Origin: a virus
Lineage: Duplodnaviria > Caudoviricetes
Virus record (IMG/VR): IMGVR_UViG_3300033434_000395
Span: 1-38,385 of that record
Reading direction: 5' to 3' (one strand)
Length of the DNA: 38,385 nt
The translations under genes were made by a program, and so were the position numbers. The notes beneath the pieces are model-generated. The model had not been told where the DNA came from. It searched no databases and saw nothing but the letters and a program-made list of their open reading frames with translations. Positions within the stretch are counted from its first letter, which is position 1; the number at the start of each line of letters is the position of its first letter. This document shows positions 9,066 through 17,511 of this stretch, piece by piece.

Positions 9066-9598
9066 GCCGCCACCTTGTCAACCCGCCCCTGCAATTCCAC
9101 CAGCCGCTCCAGCCACATGCCCTGTGCGCGCACGGAATGCACGGCATGCACCTTCATGGACAGCGGCTTGATGTCGTCCGGCAAAGGGAAGCTAGTGCCC
9201 TGCGGCATCAAATCCCGATATGCCGCCGCCAGCACCATTTTGTTGGCAATCTCAACCAGTCCGCTTTGCGTACGCGGCAAGCCGAAGCGCTCACGAATGG
9301 CGGTGTCCATGCCGCGCACGATTTCGGTGTAATCCGGCAGCAGGAATTTCAACCCGGCAGTCAAATCGCCGCAGTAAGCCTTGGCCGCGCCCCACAGCAA
9401 TGCTTCCAGCGCGTGCTCCGCCGAAACCAGCCTGCTCATCAGCACGCAATGCTGCGCCACCGAGTAATACATCTGCGATTGCCCCGAAAAACGCGCCGTA
9501 TTGGCCATGCCACGCGCAATATCGGCCACGTCGAACTGGTGTGGTTGCGGGTTCAAGTAATCGACCTCACGGCCGGTTCCGGTCATATCTTTTGCCAT
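9062..9598 (-). CDS. HD-fold (YfdR/YfbR-like) protein with degenerate active site
   Basis: DIARGMAN.ARFSG...YSVAQHCVL...ALLWGAAKAYCGDL...LK matches the family pattern, but the HD dyad reads WG. Confidence 0.8.
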   Translation of the reverse strand: MAKDMTGTGREVDYLNPQPHQFDVADIARGMANTARFSGQSQMYYSVAQHCVLMSRLVSAEHALEALLWGAAKAYCGDLTAGLKFLLPDYTEIVRGMDTAIRERFGLPRTQSGLVEIANKMVLAAAYRDLMPQGTSFPLPDDIKPLSMKVHAVHSVRAQGMWLERLVELQGRVDKVAA

Positions 9599-9607
9599 GG
9601 TTTCACC

Positions 9608-10126
9608 TCATTGCGTTTGCTGTTCGAACGGTTCGATCACGAAATCCTCAACGCCGCTCACGACGGTGATGCCTGGTATCGCGCGCACGGCATCCGGCTC
9701 ATTGAGCATGGCTTCCTTGTTGGGTTCTTCCTTGGTGCGGATGAACCGACCAAGCCCCATTTTGCGCAGCAGCTCGAGCACGGCATCCACCCCGCGGATA
9801 ACCACCGATGGCGGGCGCTGCCGCCACAGCACGTTGCCCGTGATCAGGTTCGCCGTCTTGGTTTTGCCGCCTTGCGTCAATTCTGCACGGTGCGCTTCGC
9901 ACCAAACCTGCACGCCAGACTGTATCGATGCCATCCGCGCCTTGAGCGCATCAATCTGCGGCTGGAACTTTTCCGTGATGGCGGCAATCTCATCGTTCAT
10001 GTTTGCCGTCAGGCGATCAGATTCGCGCTTGATGTCGCCAATCTGCTTGATGGCCGCCGCCACTTCATCGCGCGATTGCGCCACCCAGATTTCTGCTGTC
10101 GCCTTGATTCGTTGCCTGCTAGCCAT
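9608..10126 (-). CDS. gam: Host-nuclease inhibitor Gam
   Basis: WCEAHRAELT.GGKTKTANL.TG.V.WR.RPPSV and IRTKEEPNKEA motifs; SD GGAG. Confidence 0.93.
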   Translation of the reverse strand: MASRQRIKATAEIWVAQSRDEVAAAIKQIGDIKRESDRLTANMNDEIAAITEKFQPQIDALKARMASIQSGVQVWCEAHRAELTQGGKTKTANLITGNVLWRQRPPSVVIRGVDAVLELLRKMGLGRFIRTKEEPNKEAMLNEPDAVRAIPGITVVSGVEDFVIEPFEQQTQ

Positions 10127-10466
10127 GCTCGGCTTCTCCTTCAACGGTTTGTGATTTATGTTGTGCCTGTTCATCATCTAAAATGACATGCACATCCTTG
10201 AACAACACTTTTCTCGGCGCCTGTATCTGGCCACCGCCATCCAATAGCGCCGCAATCGATTGTCCTGCGCCAAGGCGCAGCTTGATGACGGGTCGCGCCC
10301 CGCCTGCGTTCAGATCCTGATACGCCGCTGCGTAGCCCAACGCACGCAAACCTCGCATGGCTACATTGAGTGCCGCCAGGCGCGCAATCAGCGGTTCGGA
10401 AAACACAACGCCAAAATGGTTTGGCGGCGCGGTATGGTTTTTCAGCGGATGAACATTCGTCTGCAT
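10119..10466 (-). CDS. Hypothetical early protein
   Basis: 115-aa ORF filling the gap between the ATPase and gam. Confidence 0.65.
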   Translation of the reverse strand: MQTNVHPLKNHTAPPNHFGVVFSEPLIARLAALNVAMRGLRALGYAAAYQDLNAGGARPVIKLRLGAGQSIAALLDGGGQIQAPRKVLFKDVHVILDDEQAQHKSQTVEGEAEHG

Positions 10467-10467
10467 G

Positions 10468-11634
10468 TCACACCCCCTTGACCACGTCTGCGGTCACCAG
10501 TGGCGAGCCGATTTCTGCCGCCAGATTCATGGACGCAGCCAGCAGATTGCCAATGGCCAGGGGATACAGCAGGCTGACCGAATCCGAACGGTCGCGGCGC
10601 GTGCTGGCCACCGTGAGCCTCGACTGCAAAGCATCAATGCCGCTAGCATCAATCACTTCGACCAGCGGTTTTTCCAGCCGGTCGAACTTGAATTTCAGGT
10701 ATTCTTCAAGACGCCCTGGCTCAATGGGGGCGAGTTCCACAATCTCGCAGCGCTGCACCACTTCGCGCACGTCTGCGTTGCGCTCGGACAGCTTGACCTT
10801 CAACTCCGGCTGCCCGATGAGGATGATGGACAGCAGTTTCTTGAACCCCATCTCCAGCTCGAAGAAACGCTTCAGGTGCTTGATGGTCGGGATCGGAAGC
10901 GAGTGCGCTTCATCAATCACCAGCACATGCCGATAGCCGGCGGTGTGAGATTCCTTGAGCGCCTTGTGCAGTTGGGCAAAGCGCGCTTCCGGGCTGGATT
11001 TCCGCTTTTCCAATGGCGCAACCGCCGCCATGATGGCCTCGGCAATGTGCGACGATTTCAGCGTTTTGCCCTTCTGGTCGTTATCTTCCGCCGCCAGCAC
11101 ATAGGGGCGAATCATCAGAATCGGCTGGTTCTCGCGCTCAATGCGGTCTTCCAAATCGCGCATCAGCGTGGTTTTGCCCGCGCCTGATTCCGCAATCACT
11201 GCCAGCATGCCGCCATGACGGGCAACGGCAAACATCGCTTCGCGCACATAGCGAATTTCCGGGTTGACGTACATATCTGCATGCGACTGCACATCGTTGG
11301 CAAACGGATCAAGAAACATCCCGAAATGCTTGCGTGTTGACTGCAACAAAGTTTGTTTTCTGAGTAACATCGTCTCCTCCTGTTTCGTTTCGATTGCTGC
11401 CGATTTTTCCTGTTCCTGCCCTTCAAATACGTCCTTCAAATCTGCTTCCACCGCGCCGTTTGACTGCAAAAAATCAACGATGCGCACCTTGATGTCTTCC
11501 TGGTCAATGCTTTTTGGCCATATGCCGTGGTTCACGATCTGCGCCACGGTGGCCGTTGAAAGCGCCAGATGGGATGCCAGTGCCGCCTGTTTGATGCCTA
11601 GTGCCTGTAATATGGTTTTCAGTTTCAGTTTCAC
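10468..11634 (-). CDS. Transposition ATPase (ExeA-type AAA+, MuB analogue) with N-terminal HTH
   Basis: Walker A AESGAGKT, Walker B VLVIDEAH, ILIGQPEL; XRE-like N-terminus; follows the transposase. Confidence 0.9.
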   Translation of the reverse strand: MKLKLKTILQALGIKQAALASHLALSTATVAQIVNHGIWPKSIDQEDIKVRIVDFLQSNGAVEADLKDVFEGQEQEKSAAIETKQEETMLLRKQTLLQSTRKHFGMFLDPFANDVQSHADMYVNPEIRYVREAMFAVARHGGMLAVIAESGAGKTTLMRDLEDRIERENQPILMIRPYVLAAEDNDQKGKTLKSSHIAEAIMAAVAPLEKRKSSPEARFAQLHKALKESHTAGYRHVLVIDEAHSLPIPTIKHLKRFFELEMGFKKLLSIILIGQPELKVKLSERNADVREVVQRCEIVELAPIEPGRLEEYLKFKFDRLEKPLVEVIDASGIDALQSRLTVASTRRDRSDSVSLLYPLAIGNLLAASMNLAAEIGSPLVTADVVKGV

Positions 11635-11654
11635 GATTGCCTCCGGTTATCAAA

Positions 11655-13445
11655 TCACTTCATGCCTCCTGCCACCCGCAACAGCGGGGTTTGTTTGCCC
11701 GAGCGCGGGCCTGTCAGCTCGGCAACGATGCTGTCGAGCTGGTCTTGTGGAACACTGTCTGGGTAACGCTGGCGCAGCCAGGCAAAGGTTTCGGCCGACC
11801 ACGTGGCGCCATCGGCTTCAATGCGCTGCTTGATCTGTTTTGCCGCCTCCACATGCGACAGCGGCGGGAATTCGACGCGTGGTGCGGCCAAATCATGCGC
11901 GGTGCCGCGACGTGGCAAATATGTCGGCAACTGCGTTTCGTCGATATGTTTGTATGGGTCGATGCGCCCGCCAAACGGCAGCGATTTAGCCTTGCGCGCC
12001 GCCTCGGCCTCTGCCTGTGTGCTGGTTCCGGTCACCAGCTGTTCGATTTCCTTCTTCGCCGCCTGCGCTGGCGTATCCGCATGGCGGCGGAACCCTTCGC
12101 CGATGACAATCGCCTCAGTGCTGAAACCGAATTCGTTTTTCTCGATTTCTTTGACGACGTGGTAAACCTCGCGCCCGTCTTCGCCAACCAGCACAATCTG
12201 CGCCGCATCGTCGCGCCACGGGTTGCGTGTGACCATCAGTTTTTCGCCCACCATCACACCAGGCACCGTGGCCACGTCATACTCGCGCCCACGGAAAGAC
12301 ACGGACAGTTTTGGCGAAACTTTGCGGCTCTCCGGCGCGGCCACTGCCAGCTCGCGGCACACATCAACAGACGGCACCGTAACCAGCTGCTCCGCCGTGA
12401 TCTGCATCCAGACTGCCGAGCGCGTCTGGCCGTGGCGTGAATGCACCGCCGTGGCATTGAAATGCGCCCGCCACTTCTTCGCCAGCGCGTTCAGTTCGTC
12501 GAGGCTATTCACCGGCTGGAATTTCAGCCCTGGTTCGAACTTGCGCTCAATGATGTTGCGCGCATTCTCGACCTGCCCCGTCACGCGCGCATTGCCCGGC
12601 TTATGCACGATCATTTCAATACCGAGCGACTTGCACAGATTGAGCGTCATCGCCGCCGTGTTGGCCGAGCCTGGATCGAGCATCAGCTTGGCCGGGCTAC
12701 CGTGCATCATGTCTGCACCGCCGCGATCCTGCATAGCGTTAATCAGCACTGAACACAGGTTTTCACCACTTTCCGCGCCCATCACGTATTCGGCGTAAAT
12801 CCAACCGGATGTGTGGTCTGTGATTTCATACGACCACACGCGATCGGCAGCGACACGCGCCAGATTCTTCGGCTTGTTTTTGTAGAATTCCGTGTGGTCC
12901 ATCACGCGCAAGCCATTGGCACGTGCATCGGCCGAAGGCTTGAGGTAATACAGCACGCACAGGCTGGCATCAATCTGCCACACGTGATTCGGGTGCAGGC
13001 TGGCCAGCTCTGTCACCGGTTCCGGTGCAAGCAACTGCTCAGGATGCAGGTTGTAGCCACGCAATGCGCGAATTATCGTCGTTTCAGATAACGGCCTGAC
13101 TTCGCCGGTTGAAGCATCGAGAAACTCGGCGCGCACCAACCCATTGGCGCGTAGCGTCTGCACCGCATCGCTGATGGAGTACAGCCGCTTGCCGTTCTTG
13201 CGCGTTGATTCCATCAGCAGCGCCGATATCACCATTGCTTCATCACGTGGCAGCGATGTCTGCCCGGCATCCGAGCGGCGTTTGCGCTTGTCCGTCACTG
13301 TCACCTCCTTCAGTTTGCGCTGCAGCGTGGCGTAAGACATGCACAGTTCACGGCACGCCGCATCGTAAATCTCCCTTTTGCCACCATGACCCGCACGCCG
13401 GGCGGCATGGGCGACCGCGACCAATCGTTCGGTAATGGCGGCCAT
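11655..13445 (-). CDS. DDE transposase (rve/integrase-like, BcepMu/B3-type)
   Basis: RKRRSDAG motif; catalytic triad in VWQIDAS, LMLDPGS and GQVENARN; 596 aa. Confidence 0.93.
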   Translation of the reverse strand: MAAITERLVAVAHAARRAGHGGKREIYDAACRELCMSYATLQRKLKEVTVTDKRKRRSDAGQTSLPRDEAMVISALLMESTRKNGKRLYSISDAVQTLRANGLVRAEFLDASTGEVRPLSETTIIRALRGYNLHPEQLLAPEPVTELASLHPNHVWQIDASLCVLYYLKPSADARANGLRVMDHTEFYKNKPKNLARVAADRVWSYEITDHTSGWIYAEYVMGAESGENLCSVLINAMQDRGGADMMHGSPAKLMLDPGSANTAAMTLNLCKSLGIEMIVHKPGNARVTGQVENARNIIERKFEPGLKFQPVNSLDELNALAKKWRAHFNATAVHSRHGQTRSAVWMQITAEQLVTVPSVDVCRELAVAAPESRKVSPKLSVSFRGREYDVATVPGVMVGEKLMVTRNPWRDDAAQIVLVGEDGREVYHVVKEIEKNEFGFSTEAIVIGEGFRRHADTPAQAAKKEIEQLVTGTSTQAEAEAARKAKSLPFGGRIDPYKHIDETQLPTYLPRRGTAHDLAAPRVEFPPLSHVEAAKQIKQRIEADGATWSAETFAWLRQRYPDSVPQDQLDSIVAELTGPRSGKQTPLLRVAGGMK

Positions 13446-13447
13446 GC

Positions 13448-14380
13448 TTAATCCTGCGCGACCGCTGTATCTGATCCGGTTTGGCGCATCCACGCGGGGA
13501 TGTCATCGCCATCGGGCGCGTCCTTGATGCCGAACTCGCCGCGCAACTGGCGCAGCGCATGCTCGATCTGGCAGGCTAGGCCGGCCATGAATTCGTCGTG
13601 TGGAATTCCGGTTTTTTCACTGTGGTCGGCCAGCGTCTGGAATGCATTGCGCAAGTTGCCGCGCAGCTCTGCTTCTGCCGCGAAGGCAATCTGGCTGGCC
13701 TCTTTCCGGATTTCGTTGCCTTCCTCTTCCGGCGGCACGGTCTTTACGCGCTTTTTGGCCAGCGATGCGTCCAGTTCGTCGATTTTTTCGTTTCTGGCCT
13801 GAAGTACCCGGGCACTTGCCTCTGCGTTTTCCCGCGCCTCGCGCAGTTTGGCGCGCAGTTCCTTGACCGACATGGTGGCGATGTCATCAAGCGCCAGTTC
13901 GCCGGTTTGACCAAACTCTGCCAATTCGTCTATTTGCTCATCATCCAGAACCAGCATTTCGAAAAGCTTGGTCTGATTGCCAATGGCTTTCAAAAGCGGC
14001 GTTGACGCCGCATTTGAAAATTTCACCGCAGACGCAATGAATTTCTGCGCAACCCGCGTTTCTATGCCAAGCACATCGAGGCGCTCAAGAAATTTCCCAT
14101 GGCCGCAAGCCGCTTTCAGCACCGCCAACCCGCGCCCAACCTCCAGACACGCCTCCACGCTGCGGCGCATGTTGGCGGCAATATCGCGCTGAATCAGATC
14201 CGGATCAGTGCAGTCTGCCGGCAGCATGTAGCCAAGCAATTTCGCGGTTGCGCGCGCCGATTCATCCTTTTCGCTGTTCATCAACGCCAGTGCGTTGACC
14301 GCCTGCATATCGGCGCTAATCTGCTCAACGTTCACATCAGGCTCAATAACTTGCGGAAGTTGTTTGGAATTTCTTGCCAC
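13448..14380 (-). CDS. DUF3102-like phage protein with C-terminal coiled coil
   Basis: LEVGRGL..LK....HGKF motif and DDIATMSVKELRAKLRE; SD AGGAG before GTG 14380. Confidence 0.75.
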   Translation of the reverse strand: MARNSKQLPQVIEPDVNVEQISADMQAVNALALMNSEKDESARATAKLLGYMLPADCTDPDLIQRDIAANMRRSVEACLEVGRGLAVLKAACGHGKFLERLDVLGIETRVAQKFIASAVKFSNAASTPLLKAIGNQTKLFEMLVLDDEQIDELAEFGQTGELALDDIATMSVKELRAKLREARENAEASARVLQARNEKIDELDASLAKKRVKTVPPEEEGNEIRKEASQIAFAAEAELRGNLRNAFQTLADHSEKTGIPHDEFMAGLACQIEHALRQLRGEFGIKDAPDGDDIPAWMRQTGSDTAVAQD

Positions 14381-14393
14381 GTTCAATCTCCTG

Positions 14394-14702
14394 TTAGGTG
14401 GTGCGCGTGTAACGCTGACGGGTTTCATCCACCCGGCGCGCCGCACGATCTATGTTGGTCAAAATTGCCATTGCCTTTTGCCCGAGCATTGGGGAAAGGC
14501 GGTAGTTGTCGTTGTGGGGAACCCTCTCGGCAATGCCTGCTTCGATCAGGTTTGCTAGATCGCGTGTGGCATTGCTGGGGCTGCTGCCAACCAGCTTTGA
14601 CACCTGCCCAGGTGCGAGGCCATCGATTTCATGCCCGAACATCACCAGCATGGTTTTGAGGATGCGCTGCTGGCTGTCGCTGGTGTAATCGGTTTTGCTC
14701 AT
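14394..14702 (-). CDS. IclR-type winged-helix DNA-binding protein
   Basis: SPSNATRDLANLIEAGIAERVP...YRLSP motif. Confidence 0.8.
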   Translation of the reverse strand: MSKTDYTSDSQQRILKTMLVMFGHEIDGLAPGQVSKLVGSSPSNATRDLANLIEAGIAERVPHNDNYRLSPMLGQKAMAILTNIDRAARRVDETRQRYTRTT

Positions 14703-15181
14703 CCGGCGTCACCTCCCAGATCAAGTTCCGGTTCAGCGTGTTTTTTGACGTTAGCGCGGTGAAATGCCAGCCCTTCCATCGCGTTCTGAATCGTTGCCAA
14801 CGTTTCATCCGCCTCAGCCTTGCCGCCGTAGAACTGAATCAATGTGCCAACTGCCGCATGGAGCGATTCCTGCAGCGCCTGCACGCCTTCTGTATTGACT
14901 GTGCGCCCCGAAGGAATTTCGATCAGCAGATGATTGCTGCTCGCGGCCAACCAGCGAGTGAGATAGTTGATGCCACATGCAGCCTCGTATGGGCGAATCA
15001 TGTTTGCCGGGATTCGACCGCTTTGAATCCACTTGTAAACGGTCCAGTGATCGGTCAGCCCCATCTGTTCAGCGATGCGCTCAACTGACAGGTTGCGCCT
15101 GGCCTTGGCAAAGTCTTTGCACAACTCCAGCGCGTTACGCAACGAGGAAGGCTGAATGCGGTTCCAATTCCGGCGGCTCAT
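14699..15181 (-). CDS. HTH-containing early regulatory protein
   Basis: SD GGAGG; LSVERIAEQMG...WTVYKW helix-turn-helix. Confidence 0.75.
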   Translation of the reverse strand: MSRRNWNRIQPSSLRNALELCKDFAKARRNLSVERIAEQMGLTDHWTVYKWIQSGRIPANMIRPYEAACGINYLTRWLAASSNHLLIEIPSGRTVNTEGVQALQESLHAAVGTLIQFYGGKAEADETLATIQNAMEGLAFHRANVKKHAEPELDLGGDAG

Positions 15182-15292
15182 TGGAATTGCCCTCCAAATC
15201 CCGCTTCCAAACAAATTTCCTTTTTGCGCGTAGCAAAAAAGGTTTGCAGTGGATACGATGAAAGGGTGATAATTCTTGATGCGAGGTAAGTC

Positions 15293-15652
15293 ATGGCTGA
15301 ACTATCCCGTGATGAAGCGTTGTTTGGGTTGACCCAGGCCTTCCTTGTGATGGCCGGAATGTTGCAGCGGCATGGCCTGCTTGATGAACAACTGCTGCAA
15401 GCAATGCTGAGGCGACAAGCTGAAATTGCGCCGGTTGGCAGCCAGATGCTTGAAAAGCTGGCTGGCCAGCTGCTGGCAGATTATCGACATGAGCAATCTC
15501 ATACCGGCCTCACGCAGCAAGGCGGCTGTCAATCGACTTCGGATCGGCGATTTCGCCCTGCTTCAAGCCAAGCAAAACCGCGATTTTGTGCGACTGGCCG
15601 CGCAAGCATTTCTTGCGCTCGGCAAGAACTTCAAAAACGAGGTTTGGAGTAA
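15293..15652 (+). CDS. Possible antisense-oriented small protein in the early region
   Basis: SD GAGG; possible TTGCAG-N18-GATAAT promoter; helical N-terminal 70 aa. The 3' 143 nt overlap the Ner-like gene. Confidence 0.4.
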   Translation: MAELSRDEALFGLTQAFLVMAGMLQRHGLLDEQLLQAMLRRQAEIAPVGSQMLEKLAGQLLADYRHEQSHTGLTQQGGCQSTSDRRFRPASSQAKPRFCATGRASISCARQELQKRGLE

Positions 15653-15737
15653 AACCGTGGCTGATGGCCCACGATGTGATCGAAATCCCCTTGCGAAGGA
15701 ATTCGGCACGTACATCATCAGGGGTGCGAGTCGCCAT
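15510..15737 (-). CDS. Ner/Cro-like DNA-binding protein (BcepMu gp16-like)
   Basis: RTPDDVRAEFLRKGISITSWA...RGQSHKIAVLLGLK; first gene of the early operon, divergent from the repressor. Confidence 0.88.
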   Translation of the reverse strand: MATRTPDDVRAEFLRKGISITSWAISHGFTPNLVFEVLAERKKCLRGQSHKIAVLLGLKQGEIADPKSIDSRLAA

Positions 15738-15794
15738 TTTTTGCGCTCCTGTTAGTGTTGGTTTAAAACGCTTTGGGGGCGTTAGTGTGAGTTA

Positions 15795-15823
15795 ATTATG
15801 GGACATAAATGTCCCTATGTAAA
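15795..15823 (-). promoter_or_regulatory. Early promoter Pe with palindromic operator in its spacer
   Basis: Minus strand TTTACA-N17-CATAAT; perfect palindrome GGGACAT-AA-ATGTCCC at 15800-15815; degenerate copy GGGGTTTTTGTGTCCC at 15824-15839. Confidence 0.82.
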
Positions 15824-15832
15824 GGGGTTTTT

Positions 15833-16273
15833 GTGTCCCAAACGACAGGTGACCGAATTAAATTACTCCGAGCCACGCGCGGAGTCGCTGAATTTGCCGA
15901 GACGCTTGGAGTAAATAGAAAGACTGTGACGCGTTGGGAGGCGAACGAGGCTCTTCCTGACGGCGCGTCCCTGTTAATTCTCAGAGAAAAATTCGGCGCC
16001 GATCCAGGGTGGCTACTTACAGGCATCGGCGAGACCCCAAGCAGCACAACCCTTACAGCAGATGAGCTGCAGTTGCTTGAACTCTTTCGGGCGGCACCAC
16101 TCGCCGGCAAGATGGCAGCCGTTGGCGCCCTGCAAGGTGTTCAAGGAATAAGCGCGATGCAAAAGCCGGTCAAACAAGTTATCAAGGGGGGCGTTAGCGG
16201 CGCGCTGACACAGACAGGCAACATTACGTATACGAACGCTTCTGATAGCAAAAGCGGTAAAGGAAAATCGTGA
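15833..16273 (+). CDS. Prophage repressor (XRE HTH, no S24 peptidase domain)
   Basis: GDRIKLLR...AEFAETLGVNRKTVTRWEANEALPD...DPGWLLTG; divergent from Ner. Start could be GTG 15833 or ATG 15809. Confidence 0.88.
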   Translation: MSQTTGDRIKLLRATRGVAEFAETLGVNRKTVTRWEANEALPDGASLLILREKFGADPGWLLTGIGETPSSTTLTADELQLLELFRAAPLAGKMAAVGALQGVQGISAMQKPVKQVIKGGVSGALTQTGNITYTNASDSKSGKGKS

Positions 16274-16812
16274 TTACCCAGCGCATCGACACCGTCAAAA
16301 AAGGCGGCAACGTTACCCAGAATGGAGATATCATCGTTTGCCCCGGTGTTGAGGATTGCCCACTTAAAGGCAATACCCCAGAATCAGAACGCCAAAAGAA
16401 ATTCGCCAAAGATACCGGCATCTGGTGCCCACCAGAAACACGCGAAACACTTGAACGCCTGCTGTCAAACCACCGTTTCACGGCCAAAGAATTGGCTCAA
16501 GCCTGGCGAGTCAGGTCTTTAAGCTACGACCCGGACACCGGAAAACTTAAAACCTTTACCCCGAAGCTGGAGTTGTGGTTCGGCATCGTGATGCTGACCC
16601 TGTTCGCGTTTTACATAGCAATCATGGCGTCCGGCATGATCCTGGTTCGCCCTGGGGTTTACGCAAATCTGCAATTCTTTACGACCATTGCAGGATTTCT
16701 TGGCATGGCTTGGGCGGTCGTACATTTCCATCTTGCGCCACGGCGCACCGCAGTCCGGGTGCGTTCGATTTTATTAGCGAAGCATGAGGATTCCCCGGCG
16801 CAAAACTCTTAA
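16270..16812 (+). CDS. Accessory 2-TM membrane protein coupled to the repressor
   Basis: GTGA overlap with the repressor stop; two C-terminal hydrophobic helices. Confidence 0.75.
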   Translation: MITQRIDTVKKGGNVTQNGDIIVCPGVEDCPLKGNTPESERQKKFAKDTGIWCPPETRETLERLLSNHRFTAKELAQAWRVRSLSYDPDTGKLKTFTPKLELWFGIVMLTLFAFYIAIMASGMILVRPGVYANLQFFTTIAGFLGMAWAVVHFHLAPRRTAVRVRSILLAKHEDSPAQNS

Positions 16813-16829
16813 CACCAACAATAACAACA

Positions 16830-17456
16830 ATGCGTGCTAAACAAACGGTTGGATCGGATGTATCCGGTGAGATGGCAAACCGGGATATAAAGCATCACAA
16901 CCACTCACACATCAAGACCGGCCACATAACCGGCAGCCACAACATCATTGGCCATCAGGGTGCCATCCATCTGCAGATGGCCGCCAGCCCCGTCATCAAG
17001 GTCGTTATCCAACCGGGTGCTCAACACATCAGTGAAGCGCACAAGTTCGAATTACGGGAACTGGTGAATGAAATCATCCGGCTTGAAGCCACCATCAAAA
17101 AGAGTCCAAAACGGCACGCTGCCGTCTGGTCCGCACTCACGGCCAAGCTCAAGGTCACCAGTTACCACCTGATTCCGGCCGACGCATTTGAACGAGCCAA
17201 GGCCTATTTGCAAACCTGGTGCGCGAGGCTACGCGCCTCGAAGAACGCGCCGACCAAAGACCCAGACTGGCGCAACAGCCGCTACAGCTTCATCCATGCC
17301 GCTGCCGCAGAAATCGGCAGAAATGAAGACATACCGAAACTACTGGCTGAGCGTTACAGCGGCCGCTCACTGAAAGACCTGTCCAGCCTTGAGCTGGAAA
17401 ACGTATATCGCATTATCGCAAGCTGGAAGAAACAGGCGCGCCAGAATGGCGCATAG
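16830..17456 (+). CDS. Accessory protein with G/H/N-rich N-terminus and ORF6C-like helical domain
   Basis: VWSALTAKLKVTSYHLIPADAFERAKAYL resembles the ORF6C antirepressor-associated motif; A-rich leader. Confidence 0.7.
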   Translation: MRAKQTVGSDVSGEMANRDIKHHNHSHIKTGHITGSHNIIGHQGAIHLQMAASPVIKVVIQPGAQHISEAHKFELRELVNEIIRLEATIKKSPKRHAAVWSALTAKLKVTSYHLIPADAFERAKAYLQTWCARLRASKNAPTKDPDWRNSRYSFIHAAAAEIGRNEDIPKLLAERYSGRSLKDLSSLELENVYRIIASWKKQARQNGA

Positions 17457-17511
17457 GTTTTACCCCGTAGGGTGCAGGCTTTGCCTGCCGCCTGCATTAC
17501 TGGAGGTGTAC

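Noticed and set aside
15759-15780. GGTTTAAAACGCTTTGG as a fifth activator box (also CTTTTAATTTGGG near 19546)
   Set aside because: Only one half-site; the TTAAAAGA half is missing.
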